This document shows positions 1 through 10,001 of a stretch of 64,000 bases of DNA, piece after piece; positions within the stretch are counted from its first letter, which is position 1, and every line of letters begins with the position of its first letter. Origin of the DNA: Planctomycetota bacterium (GTDB lineage: Bacteria > Planctomycetota > JAJSAM01 > JAJVHW01); the NCBI GenBank assembly GCA_965248445.1, contig CBDFJG010000003.1:1024001-1088000 (forward strand). Reading direction: 5' to 3'. The position numbers and the translations under genes were made by a program. The notes under the pieces were generated by a model. That model worked only from the letters and a program-made list of their open reading frames with translations, did no database searches and was not told the DNA's origin.

Positions 1-1
1 C

Positions 2-1066
2 GGCCAACGGCGGCTGAAGGCGTCGTCGGTGTTCGTGGTCGGCGCCGGCGGCCTCGGCTCCCCCGTCTGCCTGTATCTGGCAGCCGCTGGCGTCGGCCGG
101 ATCACGCTCGCGGACTTCGACGTCGTGGACCCGACCAACCTCCAGCGTCAGGTGCTGTTCGGGACGGATGACGTCGGGCGTGGGAAGGTCGAGGCGGCCA
201 CGGAACGCCTGCGCGCGCTGAACCCGCACGTCGCGGTCGAGCCCGTCGCCGCCCGCGTCTCGTCGGCCAACGTGCGGGCTCTGGTGCGCGCGTCCGACGT
301 GGTGATCGACGGCAGCGACAACTTCACCACAAGGTACCTCGTGAGCGACGCCTGCGTGCTCGAGGGCAAGCCGTACGTCTACGGCAGCATCCTGCGATTC
401 GAGGGCCAGGCTTCGGTGTTCCACGCCCCCGCCGGGCCGTGCTACCGCTGCCTGTTCCCCGAGCCACCTCCCGAGGCGCTGGTGCCGAGCTGCGCGCAGG
501 CCGGAGTGCTCGGCGTGCTGCCTGGCCTGGTCGGGTCCATCCAAGCGAGCGAGGCGCTCAAGATCCTGCTCGGGATCGGCGAGACGCTCCTCGGCCGTCT
601 GCTGCTCGTTGACGCTCTCGGTACACGCTTCCGGGAGGTGCGCCTGCGCCGCGATCCGGCGTGCCCGGCCTGCGGCGACGAAGCGACAATCACCGACGCG
701 ATCGAGATGGGCGGCGCGGCGTGCGCAGATGAGGTCGGCGGCGCCGGCGGTCCGTCCGTCTCCGCGGCGGAACTGCGCGACATGCTCGCCGGGGACCCGC
801 CGCCGATGCTCGTCGATGTGCGCGAGCCCTGGGAGTTCGGCGCGGGCGCGCTACCGGGTGCGGTCAACGTCACGCTCGGCGACGTCCCCCTGCGCGGGGG
901 CGGGTTTGCGCGCGACCGGGTCGTGGTGGCGTACTGCCGCGTCGGACCGCGCGGGCAGCGTGCTGCCGAACTGCTGCGGGCGGCCGGGGTTGAGCGCGCG
1001 CTCAACCTCAGCGGAGGCCTGCTCGCTTGGCGCGACGAGATCGACTCGGCGCAGGTCGTCGCCTGA
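2..1066 (+). CDS. moeB: MoeB/MoeZ-type adenylyltransferase with C-terminal rhodanese domain (5' partial)
   Basis: GAGGLG, DFDVVDPTNLQRQ, PCYRCLFP, CPAC and DVREPWE..YCRVGPRG motifs; frame open to window start. Confidence 0.92.
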   Translation, partial: GQRRLKASSVFVVGAGGLGSPVCLYLAAAGVGRITLADFDVVDPTNLQRQVLFGTDDVGRGKVEAATERLRALNPHVAVEPVAARVSSANVRALVRASDVVIDGSDNFTTRYLVSDACVLEGKPYVYGSILRFEGQASVFHAPAGPCYRCLFPEPPPEALVPSCAQAGVLGVLPGLVGSIQASEALKILLGIGETLLGRLLLVDALGTRFREVRLRRDPACPACGDEATITDAIEMGGAACADEVGGAGGPSVSAAELRDMLAGDPPPMLVDVREPWEFGAGALPGAVNVTLGDVPLRGGGFARDRVVVAYCRVGPRGQRAAELLRAAGVERALNLSGGLLAWRDEIDSAQVVA

Positions 1067-1089
1067 GACCGAGTGGCTGCACAGAATCG

Positions 1090-1125
1090 AGAAGGCCCCG
1101 CGCGGCGAGCCGCGCGGGGCCTTCT
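1090..1125. terminator. Hairpin between convergent genes, probable bidirectional terminator
   Basis: AGAAGGCCCCGCGCGG-cgag-CCGCGCGGGGCCTTCT perfect inverted repeat. Confidence 0.75.
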
Positions 1126-1142
1126 TCACGCACTGTCGCGGG

Positions 1143-1670
1143 CTACTGAACGCCGCGACGGTGGGATGCCGGCACCGGGCCGATCAAACCCTCGTTCGCG
1201 TACACGTAGTCGACGCCCGGCGTCGGCGGACGCATGTAGCGCGGACGCGCATGCGGCGGGGTCGTGTACTTGTAGATCTCCTGATCCGTGATGAACGGGT
1301 TCTGGAGAACCTGGAACAGGTTGTCGTCGCGCTCGACGAAGAACGGCTCGATGCCGAGTCCGTTGACCGTGCCGATCACCGCTCCGAACGCCGCACCGAT
1401 CGGCGCGGTCAGCGTGCCGGAGATCGGCTCGCCGGTCATCTCGTACCAACCGACCGTGCCCTGCACCAGACCGACGAGCGGTGTGGTGACAAGCTTGTAC
1501 GGAATCCAGATCGCGTTCTCGACGATCGAGAGCGGGATGTTGTCCGTGCCGCCGCCCTGCGCGAGTTCGTTCTTGCTGCCGATGTCGCCGTCGCGACACG
1601 TGACACAGCTCGACAACAGTCCGACGGTCGCCACGAGGGCGAGAGACATCATGGTTCGCGTGATCCGCAT
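1143..1670 (-). CDS. Hypothetical lipoprotein
   Basis: GGAGG RBS, signal peptide with LLSSC lipobox, Gly-rich hydrophobic segments. Confidence 0.7.
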   Translation of the reverse strand: MRITRTMMSLALVATVGLLSSCVTCRDGDIGSKNELAQGGGTDNIPLSIVENAIWIPYKLVTTPLVGLVQGTVGWYEMTGEPISGTLTAPIGAAFGAVIGTVNGLGIEPFFVERDDNLFQVLQNPFITDQEIYKYTTPPHARPRYMRPPTPGVDYVYANEGLIGPVPASHRRGVQ

Positions 1671-1823
1671 GCTTCCTCCGGAGGTGGCGGCCCCCTCCAT
1701 CCGGGGATCGCCATGCGCACGACGGGAGCCAGCCCCGTCTCCTCCGTATGGGCTGCAATCGAGCCTGCTTTGCTCTCAATCCGGGAATCCGGAGCCTGAG
1801 TCAGAGTTGCCCGCGGAGCGCCG

Positions 1824-2534
1824 TCAGGCGGAGCCCAGATACGCCTCGCGGACCTGCTCGTTCGCAGCCAACTTCGCTGCCTCGTCCTCCATCAGGACGG
1901 TGCCGGTCTCGAAGACATATCCGCGATGCGCGGTCTTGAGCGCGAGCGAGGCGTTCTGCTCGACGAGAAGGATCGTGATGCCCTCCGCCCGGTTCAGTTC
2001 GGCGACGACCTCGAAGATCTGCTTCACGATCAGCGGAGCGAGACCGAGGGACGGTTCGTCGAGCATCAGGAGCTTCGGTCGCGACATCAGCGAGCGCGCG
2101 ATCGCGAGCATCTGCTGCTCGCCGCCGGACAGCGTGCCGCCGTACTGCGCACGCCGCTGCCCGAGGATCGGGAACAGCTCGAACATGTGCTGGCGATCGC
2201 GCTCGATGCCGGTCGAGTCCTTGCGCAGGTACGCCCCCATCGACAGGTTCTCGTCGACCGTCAGCTCGGGGAAGATCCGGCGCCCCTCCGGCGTATGGCA
2301 GATGCCTCGCGCGACGATCTCCGCCGGCGGGGTGCGCGAGATGTCCTGGCCTTGGTAGATGATCGTGCCCGACCGCGGACGGAGTAACCCCGAGATCGTC
2401 CGCAGCGTCGTCGACTTGCCTGCGCCGTTGCAACCGATGACGGTGACGATCTCGCCTTCATCGACGCGCAGCGAGATCCCGCGCAGCGCTTGAACAGCGC
2501 CGTAGAACACCTCGATGTTCTCGAGTTCGAGCAT
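1824..2534 (-). CDS. livF: Branched-chain amino acid ABC transporter ATPase
   Basis: GCNGAGKST, LSGGEQQMLAIAR, DEPSLGLAP. Confidence 0.95.
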   Translation of the reverse strand: MLELENIEVFYGAVQALRGISLRVDEGEIVTVIGCNGAGKSTTLRTISGLLRPRSGTIIYQGQDISRTPPAEIVARGICHTPEGRRIFPELTVDENLSMGAYLRKDSTGIERDRQHMFELFPILGQRRAQYGGTLSGGEQQMLAIARSLMSRPKLLMLDEPSLGLAPLIVKQIFEVVAELNRAEGITILLVEQNASLALKTAHRGYVFETGTVLMEDEAAKLAANEQVREAYLGSA

Positions 2535-3322
2535 CAGACCGCCTCGTCCCCGAGATACGCCCGGATGACCTCCGGGTTGCTCTTGACCTCGTCGGGGGTC
2601 CCGTCTGCGATCACCTCGCCGTGGTCGAGCACCACGATGTGCTCGCTGACTCCCATGACGAGCCGCATGTCGTGTTCGATCAGGAAAACGGTTATGCCGA
2701 GATCGCGGATGCGCCGGATGAGCGCCATCAGATCCTCGGTCTCCTGCGGGTTCATCCCAGCGGCCGGCTCATCGAGCAGCAGGAGACTCGGCGCCAGCGC
2801 GAGCGCGCGCGCGATCTCGAGACGCCGCTGCTCGCCGTACGGCAGATCGCCGGCAAGCTCGTTCGCCTTGCCCGCCAGGCCGACGAAGTCCAGGTACCGG
2901 AACGCAGCCCGCGTGACCTCACGCTCCTCGCCGCGGGCCGGGAAGCCGAGCAGGCCCGCGAACACGCCCTTTCGCGTGCGCGGGTGCATGCCGAGCTTCA
3001 CGTTGTCGAGGGCCGGGACGTCGCCAAACAGTCGGATGTTCTGGAACGTGCGTGCCACTCCGAGCCGCGTGATGTGGTCCGGGCGCGCGCCGGCGAGCCG
3101 GTGAGCAGTTCCGCTGGCGTCCACGAACTCGACGGACCCGTGCGTCGCCGCGTACATCCCCGTGAAGCAGTTGAACGCGGTGGTCTTGCCGGCGCCATTC
3201 GGGCCGATCAGTGCTGTGATGCTGCCTTCGCGCACCTCGAACCCGGCCTCGTGCACGGCCTTCACCCCGCCGAAGTACTTGCAGAGGCCGCTGACCCGGA
3301 GAACGACGCGTGGCTCGCTCAT
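2534..3322 (-). CDS. livG: Branched-chain amino acid ABC transporter ATPase
   Basis: GPNGAGKTT, RTFQNIRLF, LPYGEQRRLEIARAL, VIRAYLG. Confidence 0.95.
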   Translation of the reverse strand: MSEPRVVLRVSGLCKYFGGVKAVHEAGFEVREGSITALIGPNGAGKTTAFNCFTGMYAATHGSVEFVDASGTAHRLAGARPDHITRLGVARTFQNIRLFGDVPALDNVKLGMHPRTRKGVFAGLLGFPARGEEREVTRAAFRYLDFVGLAGKANELAGDLPYGEQRRLEIARALALAPSLLLLDEPAAGMNPQETEDLMALIRRIRDLGITVFLIEHDMRLVMGVSEHIVVLDHGEVIADGTPDEVKSNPEVIRAYLGDEAV

Positions 3323-4560
3323 GCCGCGTCCCCCTCGTCACGCAACGCGTACAGGTCACACTCGCCTGCACTGAGATCGCTCACGCGTTCTGCGGTGAGC
3401 GGTCTCTCCCGACGATTCGGGGGCAGGATGCCCTGGGGCCGGAATCGCATGACGATGATCAGAAGCAGGCCGTAGATGAGGAAGCGAGCTTGGTTCGGGA
3501 TCTTCACGCCGCCGATGTCCTCGCGCAGGATCTCGCCGAGCGACATCAGCACGGCCGTTCCGAGCGCGACCCCGCGGATGCTGCCCATCCCCCCGAGGAC
3601 GATGCAGCAGAGAATGATGATCGACTGCCACACGTCGAGGCTCTTGACGCCGACGAAGCCCGCCCAGACCGCGTAGAGCCCGCCACCCACGCCGCCGATG
3701 AACCCGGACACGGCAAACGCGGTCAGCTTCGTCCGCGCCACGTCGACGCCACACGAACGGGCAGCCGTTTCGTCGAGGCGGATGGCGGCGAACGATCGGC
3801 CGACGCGCGAGCGGTTGAGGTTGTGGCAGACCACGAAGGTCAGGATGACGCCGACGAGCATCAGGTAGTAGAAGCCCGGCGTGTTCCAGTACGCGGGCTC
3901 GCCGAACAAGCGCGGGTGATTGCCGGGATCGAGTAGTTCCTGAGTCGTGCGATCGATACGTGTCGGGATGAACGGCAGGCCGAACGCACCGCCCGTGAAG
4001 CGCGTCATGTTCACCAGGCTGTTCTCGGCCCACAGCGACGTCTCGAAGAAGATCTCGGCGAAGCCGAGCGTGACGATGGCGAAGTAGTCTCCGCGGACGC
4101 GAAGCGTCGGGATGCCCCGCAGCACGCCGAGGAGGGCGCACGCGAGCCCCGCAAGGAGCAGGATCACGAGGATCGAGCCGTCGAAGCCGAACACCAGGTC
4201 GCGGACGGCTACTTGGTCGCCCAGGTTGTTCGTGGGGTTGGGCCAGTCGAGACCGGCCCCCGTGTGCTGCACCGTCGCCAGTAAGTAGGTGATCACCGCT
4301 CCAGTAGCCATGAACACGACGTACCCCAGGTCGAGGAGCCCGGTGAAACCGACCACGACATTCAGGCCGAGCGCCAGGATCAGGTAGATCTCGACGTACA
4401 GGACGACGTTGAGCGGCGCGGCGCGGAACTGCTTCCCGAACGCGAATGGCAGCAGCGCCATGATGAGTGCCAGCACCCACGGCAGCCAACGGCTGTTCCG
4501 GCCGGCCCAGAGAGAGCGCGCGACGCGCAACACGAGGCGAATCAGGGCGTGCTCGCTCAT
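3319..4560 (-). CDS. livM: Branched-chain amino acid ABC transporter permease
   Basis: GLNVVVGFTGLLDLGY, RVRGDYFAIVTLGFAEI, GGMGS. Confidence 0.92.
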   Translation of the reverse strand: MSEHALIRLVLRVARSLWAGRNSRWLPWVLALIMALLPFAFGKQFRAAPLNVVLYVEIYLILALGLNVVVGFTGLLDLGYVVFMATGAVITYLLATVQHTGAGLDWPNPTNNLGDQVAVRDLVFGFDGSILVILLLAGLACALLGVLRGIPTLRVRGDYFAIVTLGFAEIFFETSLWAENSLVNMTRFTGGAFGLPFIPTRIDRTTQELLDPGNHPRLFGEPAYWNTPGFYYLMLVGVILTFVVCHNLNRSRVGRSFAAIRLDETAARSCGVDVARTKLTAFAVSGFIGGVGGGLYAVWAGFVGVKSLDVWQSIIILCCIVLGGMGSIRGVALGTAVLMSLGEILREDIGGVKIPNQARFLIYGLLLIIVMRFRPQGILPPNRRERPLTAERVSDLSAGECDLYALRDEGDAA

Positions 4561-5663
4561 GCGCGCCCCGCGTCGGGTTCACCGAGGATGCCACGGGGCA
4601 GGAACAGCAGAACGATGATCATGACCAGGAACGGCGCCGAGAAGGTGCCCCCGGTAAAGCCCTGCACGAATCCGATCAAGACGCCGCCGAGCATGGCGCC
4701 GCGGATGTTCCCGATCCCGCCGAGCACTGCCGCGGCGAACGCCAACAGGCCGGGGTAGTAACCCATGCGGAACGAGATGTTGCCGTCCACCTTCGCCGCG
4801 TAGAGCACACCGGCAACGGCTGCCATGCCCGAGCCGACGAGGAACGTGAACGCAATGACCTTGTCCACCGAGATGCCCATCAGCGCGGCGGTCTGCTGGT
4901 CCATGGACGTCGCGCGCATGGCCGTGCCGATCTTCGTGCGCGTCACGAGGACGTGCAGGCCCAGCATCATGACCAGCGCAACGATCCAGATGATCGCCTC
5001 TTTCCACTTGAGGCTCTCGATGCCCAACACGTTCTCGGTCATGAAGCCGGGAATGCTCTCCGGCTTGAACACGCGGTAGTCGGCACCCCAGATCAGCTGC
5101 ACGAGTGTCTGCAGCATCAGGGACATGCCGATCGCCGTGATGAGCGCCGACAGTCGGTCGGACTTGACGGTCTCGCTGGACACGCCGAGCCAGCCGAACT
5201 TCTCGAGTGCAGAGAGCAGCATCATCGCACCGACGACGGCGACGATGCCCCAGCCCCACACCGTGCGCCACTGCAGCGAGTACCACTCGTGGTCCACATC
5301 ACCCGTGAGCCGGTACATGATCGCCAAGCAGGACAACCCGGCGAGCATCGCGACCGAGATGCCGTCCGCGACCGGCAGTCGGCGGCGCAACGAGAGGTAT
5401 GCGCCCCAGTCGATGGCCATGCCCACGCCCGCGCAGAGGATGATCGCGGGCACGATTGCGACGAACAGGCTGTAGCCCGTCGCCTCCTCCATCCCGGTGA
5501 TCAGGAGCGCCCAGAACGCGCCCAGCATGAAGATCTCACCGTGCGCGAAGTTGATGAGCTTGATGATCCCGTAGACCATCGTGTAGCCGACGGCGATGAG
5601 CGCGTAGAGCGCGCCGAGCGACAGCGCGTTGACGAGATTGTCCGCTGTCAGGATCGAGCTCAT
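4557..5663 (-). CDS. livH: Branched-chain amino acid ABC transporter permease
   Basis: GYTMVYGIIKLINFAHGE, AFAAAVLGGIGNI. Confidence 0.92.
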   Translation of the reverse strand: MSSILTADNLVNALSLGALYALIAVGYTMVYGIIKLINFAHGEIFMLGAFWALLITGMEEATGYSLFVAIVPAIILCAGVGMAIDWGAYLSLRRRLPVADGISVAMLAGLSCLAIMYRLTGDVDHEWYSLQWRTVWGWGIVAVVGAMMLLSALEKFGWLGVSSETVKSDRLSALITAIGMSLMLQTLVQLIWGADYRVFKPESIPGFMTENVLGIESLKWKEAIIWIVALVMMLGLHVLVTRTKIGTAMRATSMDQQTAALMGISVDKVIAFTFLVGSGMAAVAGVLYAAKVDGNISFRMGYYPGLLAFAAAVLGGIGNIRGAMLGGVLIGFVQGFTGGTFSAPFLVMIIVLLFLPRGILGEPDAGRA

Positions 5664-5687
5664 GCGTGGGCGGGCGCCGGCCGCGCT

Positions 5688-6917
5688 CTACTCGGGCTGC
5701 TTCGGGGCGGGCGCGAACTTGCCGTCCTTGACCTGCGCCACGAACAGCGGCTTGGAGTAGCAGTCACCGTCCTCGTTGAAGTACGTCGTTCCGGTGACGC
5801 CCTTGTAGCCGGCAGCCTCGTCCTGGATGCCCGCCAGGTGCTCGCGGATCTTCTCGCGGTCGGTGCCGACCGCCTCGATCGCGCTGAGCGCCATACCCAT
5901 CGCGTCGTAGGTCAGCGCTGCCCACGTGTCCGGGTCCTTGCCGTACGCGGTGCTGAAGGCGGTCGCGAACGCCCGGATCTTGTCCCCCGTCTCGCCGGTC
6001 ACGAACTCGAACGGAGCAACGGGCGTGACGACGAACGCTCCCTCGGCGGCGGCACCGGCGTTCGCGATGAACGTGGGGCTCATCACGCCGTCACCGCCGA
6101 GGATCGGGATGTCCATGTTGAGGTCATTGCGCGCCGCCTTCGTGATGAGTGCCGCGTCGTTGTAGAGGCCGGCCACGAAGATGCTGCCCGGGTTCGCCGC
6201 CTTCGCCTGTTGCACGATCGGCTTGAAGTCCTGGGTTCGCTCGCGCAGGTACGAGAACGTGCCGACGACTTCGACCCCGATCTTCTTGCACTCTTCGGTG
6301 AACGACTCCATCAGCCCCTTGCCGTAGTCGTCATTGTCGAAGATGACGGCGACGGACGAGAGGCCGAGCTGGTCCTTGGCGTAGTTAGCGATCGACTGGC
6401 CCTGGAAGTCGTCCCGGTAGAGGTTGCGGAACATGTACGGGTAGCCCTTGCACACCTTCACGTTCGTCGAGCCCGGGCTGATCGCGGGAATTCCGGCGCG
6501 GTCGTACTCGACCTTGGCGTTGTTCGAGCACACCGAGTTGAAGTGCCCCACGACCATCACGACGGAGTCGTCTCCGGCGACCTTGCGCGAGACGTTCGTC
6601 GCCTCGGTGATGTCGCCCTTGTCGTCGAAGACCTCTGCCTCGATCAGGCGCTTCTTGCCGTTGACGGTGATCCCCCCGGCCGCGTTGATCTCCTTCTCCT
6701 TCAGCTTGGCCGCGTTGCGGATCATCTCGCCGAACGCCGCCGCCGAACCGGTCATCGGACCGCAGACGGCGATCCGCACGGGCTCGCCCCCGTCGCCGCC
6801 TTCGCCACCGCCGGAGTCGCCGTTGCAGGCTCCCAGGGTCAGAGCAGCCGCTAGCACCGCCGCGATCAGCGGTCGAACCCCGAGGACGCGGAATCGGCGT
6901 GAATGGTCGGACGACAT
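5688..6917 (-). CDS. livK: LivK/LivJ-family substrate-binding lipoprotein
   Basis: LGAC lipobox, GPMTG, DDKGD, GHFNS; operon context. Confidence 0.88.
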   Translation of the reverse strand: MSSDHSRRFRVLGVRPLIAAVLAAALTLGACNGDSGGGEGGDGGEPVRIAVCGPMTGSAAAFGEMIRNAAKLKEKEINAAGGITVNGKKRLIEAEVFDDKGDITEATNVSRKVAGDDSVVMVVGHFNSVCSNNAKVEYDRAGIPAISPGSTNVKVCKGYPYMFRNLYRDDFQGQSIANYAKDQLGLSSVAVIFDNDDYGKGLMESFTEECKKIGVEVVGTFSYLRERTQDFKPIVQQAKAANPGSIFVAGLYNDAALITKAARNDLNMDIPILGGDGVMSPTFIANAGAAAEGAFVVTPVAPFEFVTGETGDKIRAFATAFSTAYGKDPDTWAALTYDAMGMALSAIEAVGTDREKIREHLAGIQDEAAGYKGVTGTTYFNEDGDCYSKPLFVAQVKDGKFAPAPKQPE

Positions 6918-7033
6918 GGCCAGTCTCCTTGGAAGGCGGGCGCGCGCCCGGAACGGGCGCACCGCGAAGCGAACCTAAGCCCGTGCCGGAGAGGGGTCAA
7001 GAGGCGCGGTCGATGCCCGCGTAGGATGCGCCC

Positions 7034-8506
7034 GTGGACCCCGCCGACGAGCCTCTGGTGCCCGGTCGAGAGACTCGTGAGCTCTGGCTCCGGGTCTTCG
7101 CCGAGCTGGTGCACGACGCACACGAGGAGCTGGCGGCCGGACCGGCCGTCGGCGCGCTCGGCAAACAGGCTCTCGCAATCCTCGAGGAAGTCTCCCTCCC
7201 GATCCCCGAGGAGCCGCTCGCGGGGGGCGCCGCCGAGGCGGCGGCGCTGATCCGGCGGGCCGCCTCGGCGGGCCTTCGTCCAGGAGGGCACGGCTACTTC
7301 GCCTACGTCCCGGGCACCGGGCTCTTCGCGACGGCGATGGCTGATCTCGTGGCCGGCTCGCTCAATCGCTTCACCGGCGTCGCCCCGGCCTCCCCCGCAC
7401 TCGCCCGGCTGGAGTCGGACGTGCTGCGCTGGCTGGCCGCGGAGTTCGGTTACGACGAGCGCGCCCGGGGCGTGCTCCTGTCGGGCGGGTCGCTCGCCAA
7501 CATGGTGGGCGCCGTCACCGCGCGGGACGCGATTCTCGGGCCGGAACCGGACCTGCGCCTGGCCACGGCATACGTCTCGTCGCAGGTGCACCACTGCGTC
7601 CCCCGCGCGCTCCGCTTCGCGGGGATCCCGGGGTCCGGCATCCGTGAGGTCCCCGTCGACGACGCATGGCGGATGGACGCGGTCGCGCTCGCCGCCTCTA
7701 TCACACGCGATCGCGAGGATGGGCGGACGCCGTTCCTCGTGGTCGCGACGGCCGGGACCACCAACACCGGCGCAGTGGATCCACTACCGGCGATCGCACA
7801 CATCGTGAAGGGCGAGAGGATCTGGCTACACGTCGACGCGGCCTACGGCGGTGCGTTCGTCCTGTGTGAGGAGGGGCGGCGCGTGCTCGAGGGCATGTCC
7901 CGGGGGGACTCGATCGCGTTCGACCCCCACAAGGGCCTGCACCTGCCGTTCGGCACCGGCGCACTGCTCGTGAAGCGCGGCGGGCGCCTTGCCGCCGCCC
8001 ACTCCTCGGACGCGCACTATCTGCAGGACTTCGAGGGAGTGGACAGCCGGCGCAACACGCCGAGTCCCACGTCACTCGGGCCCGAGTTGTCCCGCGATTA
8101 CCGCGGGCTGCGGCTCTGGCTGCCGCTGATGCTCCACGGTGCGCGGGCGTTCCGGGAGAGCCTGGCCGCGACGCTCTCGCTCTCCCAGCAGTTCCACGAA
8201 GAACTCTCGGCGCACATCACGGCCGGACTGCCGGTCGAGATCGTGGCGGCTCCGCAGTTGTCCATCACGGCGTTCCGGCTGACCCGTCGGGACGGCGAGC
8301 AACTGGACGACTGGAACGCACGCAACGCCGCGTGGCTGGGCCGGGTGAACGCGAGGAAGCGCGTCTACCTGTCCAGCACCGCGTTGCCCGTAGCGGACGG
8401 CGAGGCGTTCACCCAGCGGGTGTGCGTGCTGAGTGCGCGCACGGGCGCCGCGGACGTCGGCAACTGCCTGACGGATCTCGTGGAGACCGTGCGTCCCTCG
8501 TCGTGA
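7034..8506 (+). CDS. Group II PLP-dependent amino acid decarboxylase
   Basis: GGSLAN, ATAGTTNTGAVDPL, HVDAAYGG, DPHK. Confidence 0.9.
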   Translation: MDPADEPLVPGRETRELWLRVFAELVHDAHEELAAGPAVGALGKQALAILEEVSLPIPEEPLAGGAAEAAALIRRAASAGLRPGGHGYFAYVPGTGLFATAMADLVAGSLNRFTGVAPASPALARLESDVLRWLAAEFGYDERARGVLLSGGSLANMVGAVTARDAILGPEPDLRLATAYVSSQVHHCVPRALRFAGIPGSGIREVPVDDAWRMDAVALAASITRDREDGRTPFLVVATAGTTNTGAVDPLPAIAHIVKGERIWLHVDAAYGGAFVLCEEGRRVLEGMSRGDSIAFDPHKGLHLPFGTGALLVKRGGRLAAAHSSDAHYLQDFEGVDSRRNTPSPTSLGPELSRDYRGLRLWLPLMLHGARAFRESLAATLSLSQQFHEELSAHITAGLPVEIVAAPQLSITAFRLTRRDGEQLDDWNARNAAWLGRVNARKRVYLSSTALPVADGEAFTQRVCVLSARTGAADVGNCLTDLVETVRPSS

Positions 8507-8618
8507 CTGGTGAACGAAGCACGCCGGGCCCTGTGAGGGGCCCGGCGCAATCGGGTTCGCCGGAGCGGGACGGCGCTCCAGCGGGGATGGACTGGTTCAG
8601 AGCGTCAGTTCGCCAATC

Positions 8619-10001
8619 TCAGTTCTTCGGCGCGACCTCGATCTGGTTCGCGCGGAACGCGACGCGGCCGGTGGAACTGACGCGCTTCTGAGAGACCAGC
8701 GTCAGCGTGAGCGTGCCCGCATCGGTGAGCTCAGCCGTGAACGCGATCGCGTTGGGGGCGACGACGCGCGTCTCGCCGTCCTGCGTGCGAGTGAGCTTGC
8801 GGTTCGCGATCCGGAACTCGATCGGCGTGCTCCACACGATCGCGGGCATGCCAGTCGTCGTGTCCACGCCGAAGTCGATGACCTTCTGGAAGCGCAGTAT
8901 GTGGTTGAGGGGGATCGACTTGCGCCGCGCGCGCAGAGCGGGCGAGTTCGTGAGCGTGGCACCGGCAAGCGACGCGCTGCGCTCGCGACCGATGCGTGTG
9001 CCGCCGCGCGATCCGCTGCCGCGGGCCGCGCCACCACCGATCGTCATGCCGTTGCCTTCGCCGAACAGGCCCTGGCCAGATCCGACGACCTCGCCGCCTC
9101 CACCGCTCGTCGAGCCGCCGCCCACGGATCCGCCGCCGCCACCGCCGAACGGTGCCGGGGGATTGCCGGTGCCGAAGCCGCCGTCCCAGTCGCCGCCGGT
9201 CGGCGTGGGGGCAGGCTCGGGCTCGGGCTCAGGTGCCGGCGCGGGCGCCGAGACACCGGCGGTCGCGATGGCCGTGGACATGATCGTTCCGGAGAGCGTG
9301 AACGTCCCTTGGAGTGTCTGGTTCCCGTTGGTCTCGACGACCGCGGTTCCCGTGCCTTCCACGCTGAACTCGGATCCGTTGCTCGAACTCATGTCCGTGT
9401 TGGTGCCTTCCAGCACAACTCCGCCCATGTACGGCTGGCGCACCTCCACGAATCCGTCGATGAGGATCGACCCCGCGTCGGCATCGATGGTGAACGTCGT
9501 CGAACCGGTGCTGTACCAGTCGAAAACCGCGTCGACGAGCGCCTGCTCCTCCGGTGTCAGCACCTGAGGGGCTGCGTTCACGAGTCTGCCCAGGTCCCCC
9601 CACGAGAGGGCGAGATCGAGCGCTCCGCCGGGACCCGGGTCGTTCGTCGGGTCCTCGTGCGTGCCGAGGATGCCGCGGAACCCGCCGAGATCGCCGCTGC
9701 GAGCGTCCACGATCGCATCGGGTGCGTCGCCGTTCAGGATCTGGAACCGGAAGTTCCCCAGTTCGTCCTGCGCGGTCGTGCTCGTGTTCTGCAACTCCGA
9801 CGCGATGCGCGTGAGCGCCTCGAGGTTGTCGGCCTGCGTCGTGACGCGGGCGGAACCCTCGTCGCCGGCGTTGCCCACGGACTGGAGCAGAGGCACGCCG
9901 AGCGCCATCGTGCCGGCCAGAACAGCCGTCGCGAGCGTCGTCTCCATCATCGTGACGCCGCGCTGTCGCGCGGTTCGGGGGGTCGTGTGCGGGGCAACCA
10001 C
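8619..10001 (-). CDS. PilW-like minor pilin with large low-complexity insertion
   Basis: Class III signal RQRG|VTMME (Glu+5); pilin-like beta-rich C-terminus; Pro/Glu and Gly-rich linkers. Confidence 0.7.
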   Translation of the reverse strand: MVAPHTTPRTARQRGVTMMETTLATAVLAGTMALGVPLLQSVGNAGDEGSARVTTQADNLEALTRIASELQNTSTTAQDELGNFRFQILNGDAPDAIVDARSGDLGGFRGILGTHEDPTNDPGPGGALDLALSWGDLGRLVNAAPQVLTPEEQALVDAVFDWYSTGSTTFTIDADAGSILIDGFVEVRQPYMGGVVLEGTNTDMSSSNGSEFSVEGTGTAVVETNGNQTLQGTFTLSGTIMSTAIATAGVSAPAPAPEPEPEPAPTPTGGDWDGGFGTGNPPAPFGGGGGGSVGGGSTSGGGGEVVGSGQGLFGEGNGMTIGGGAARGSGSRGGTRIGRERSASLAGATLTNSPALRARRKSIPLNHILRFQKVIDFGVDTTTGMPAIVWSTPIEFRIANRKLTRTQDGETRVVAPNAIAFTAELTDAGTLTLTLVSQKRVSSTGRVAFRANQIEVAPKN

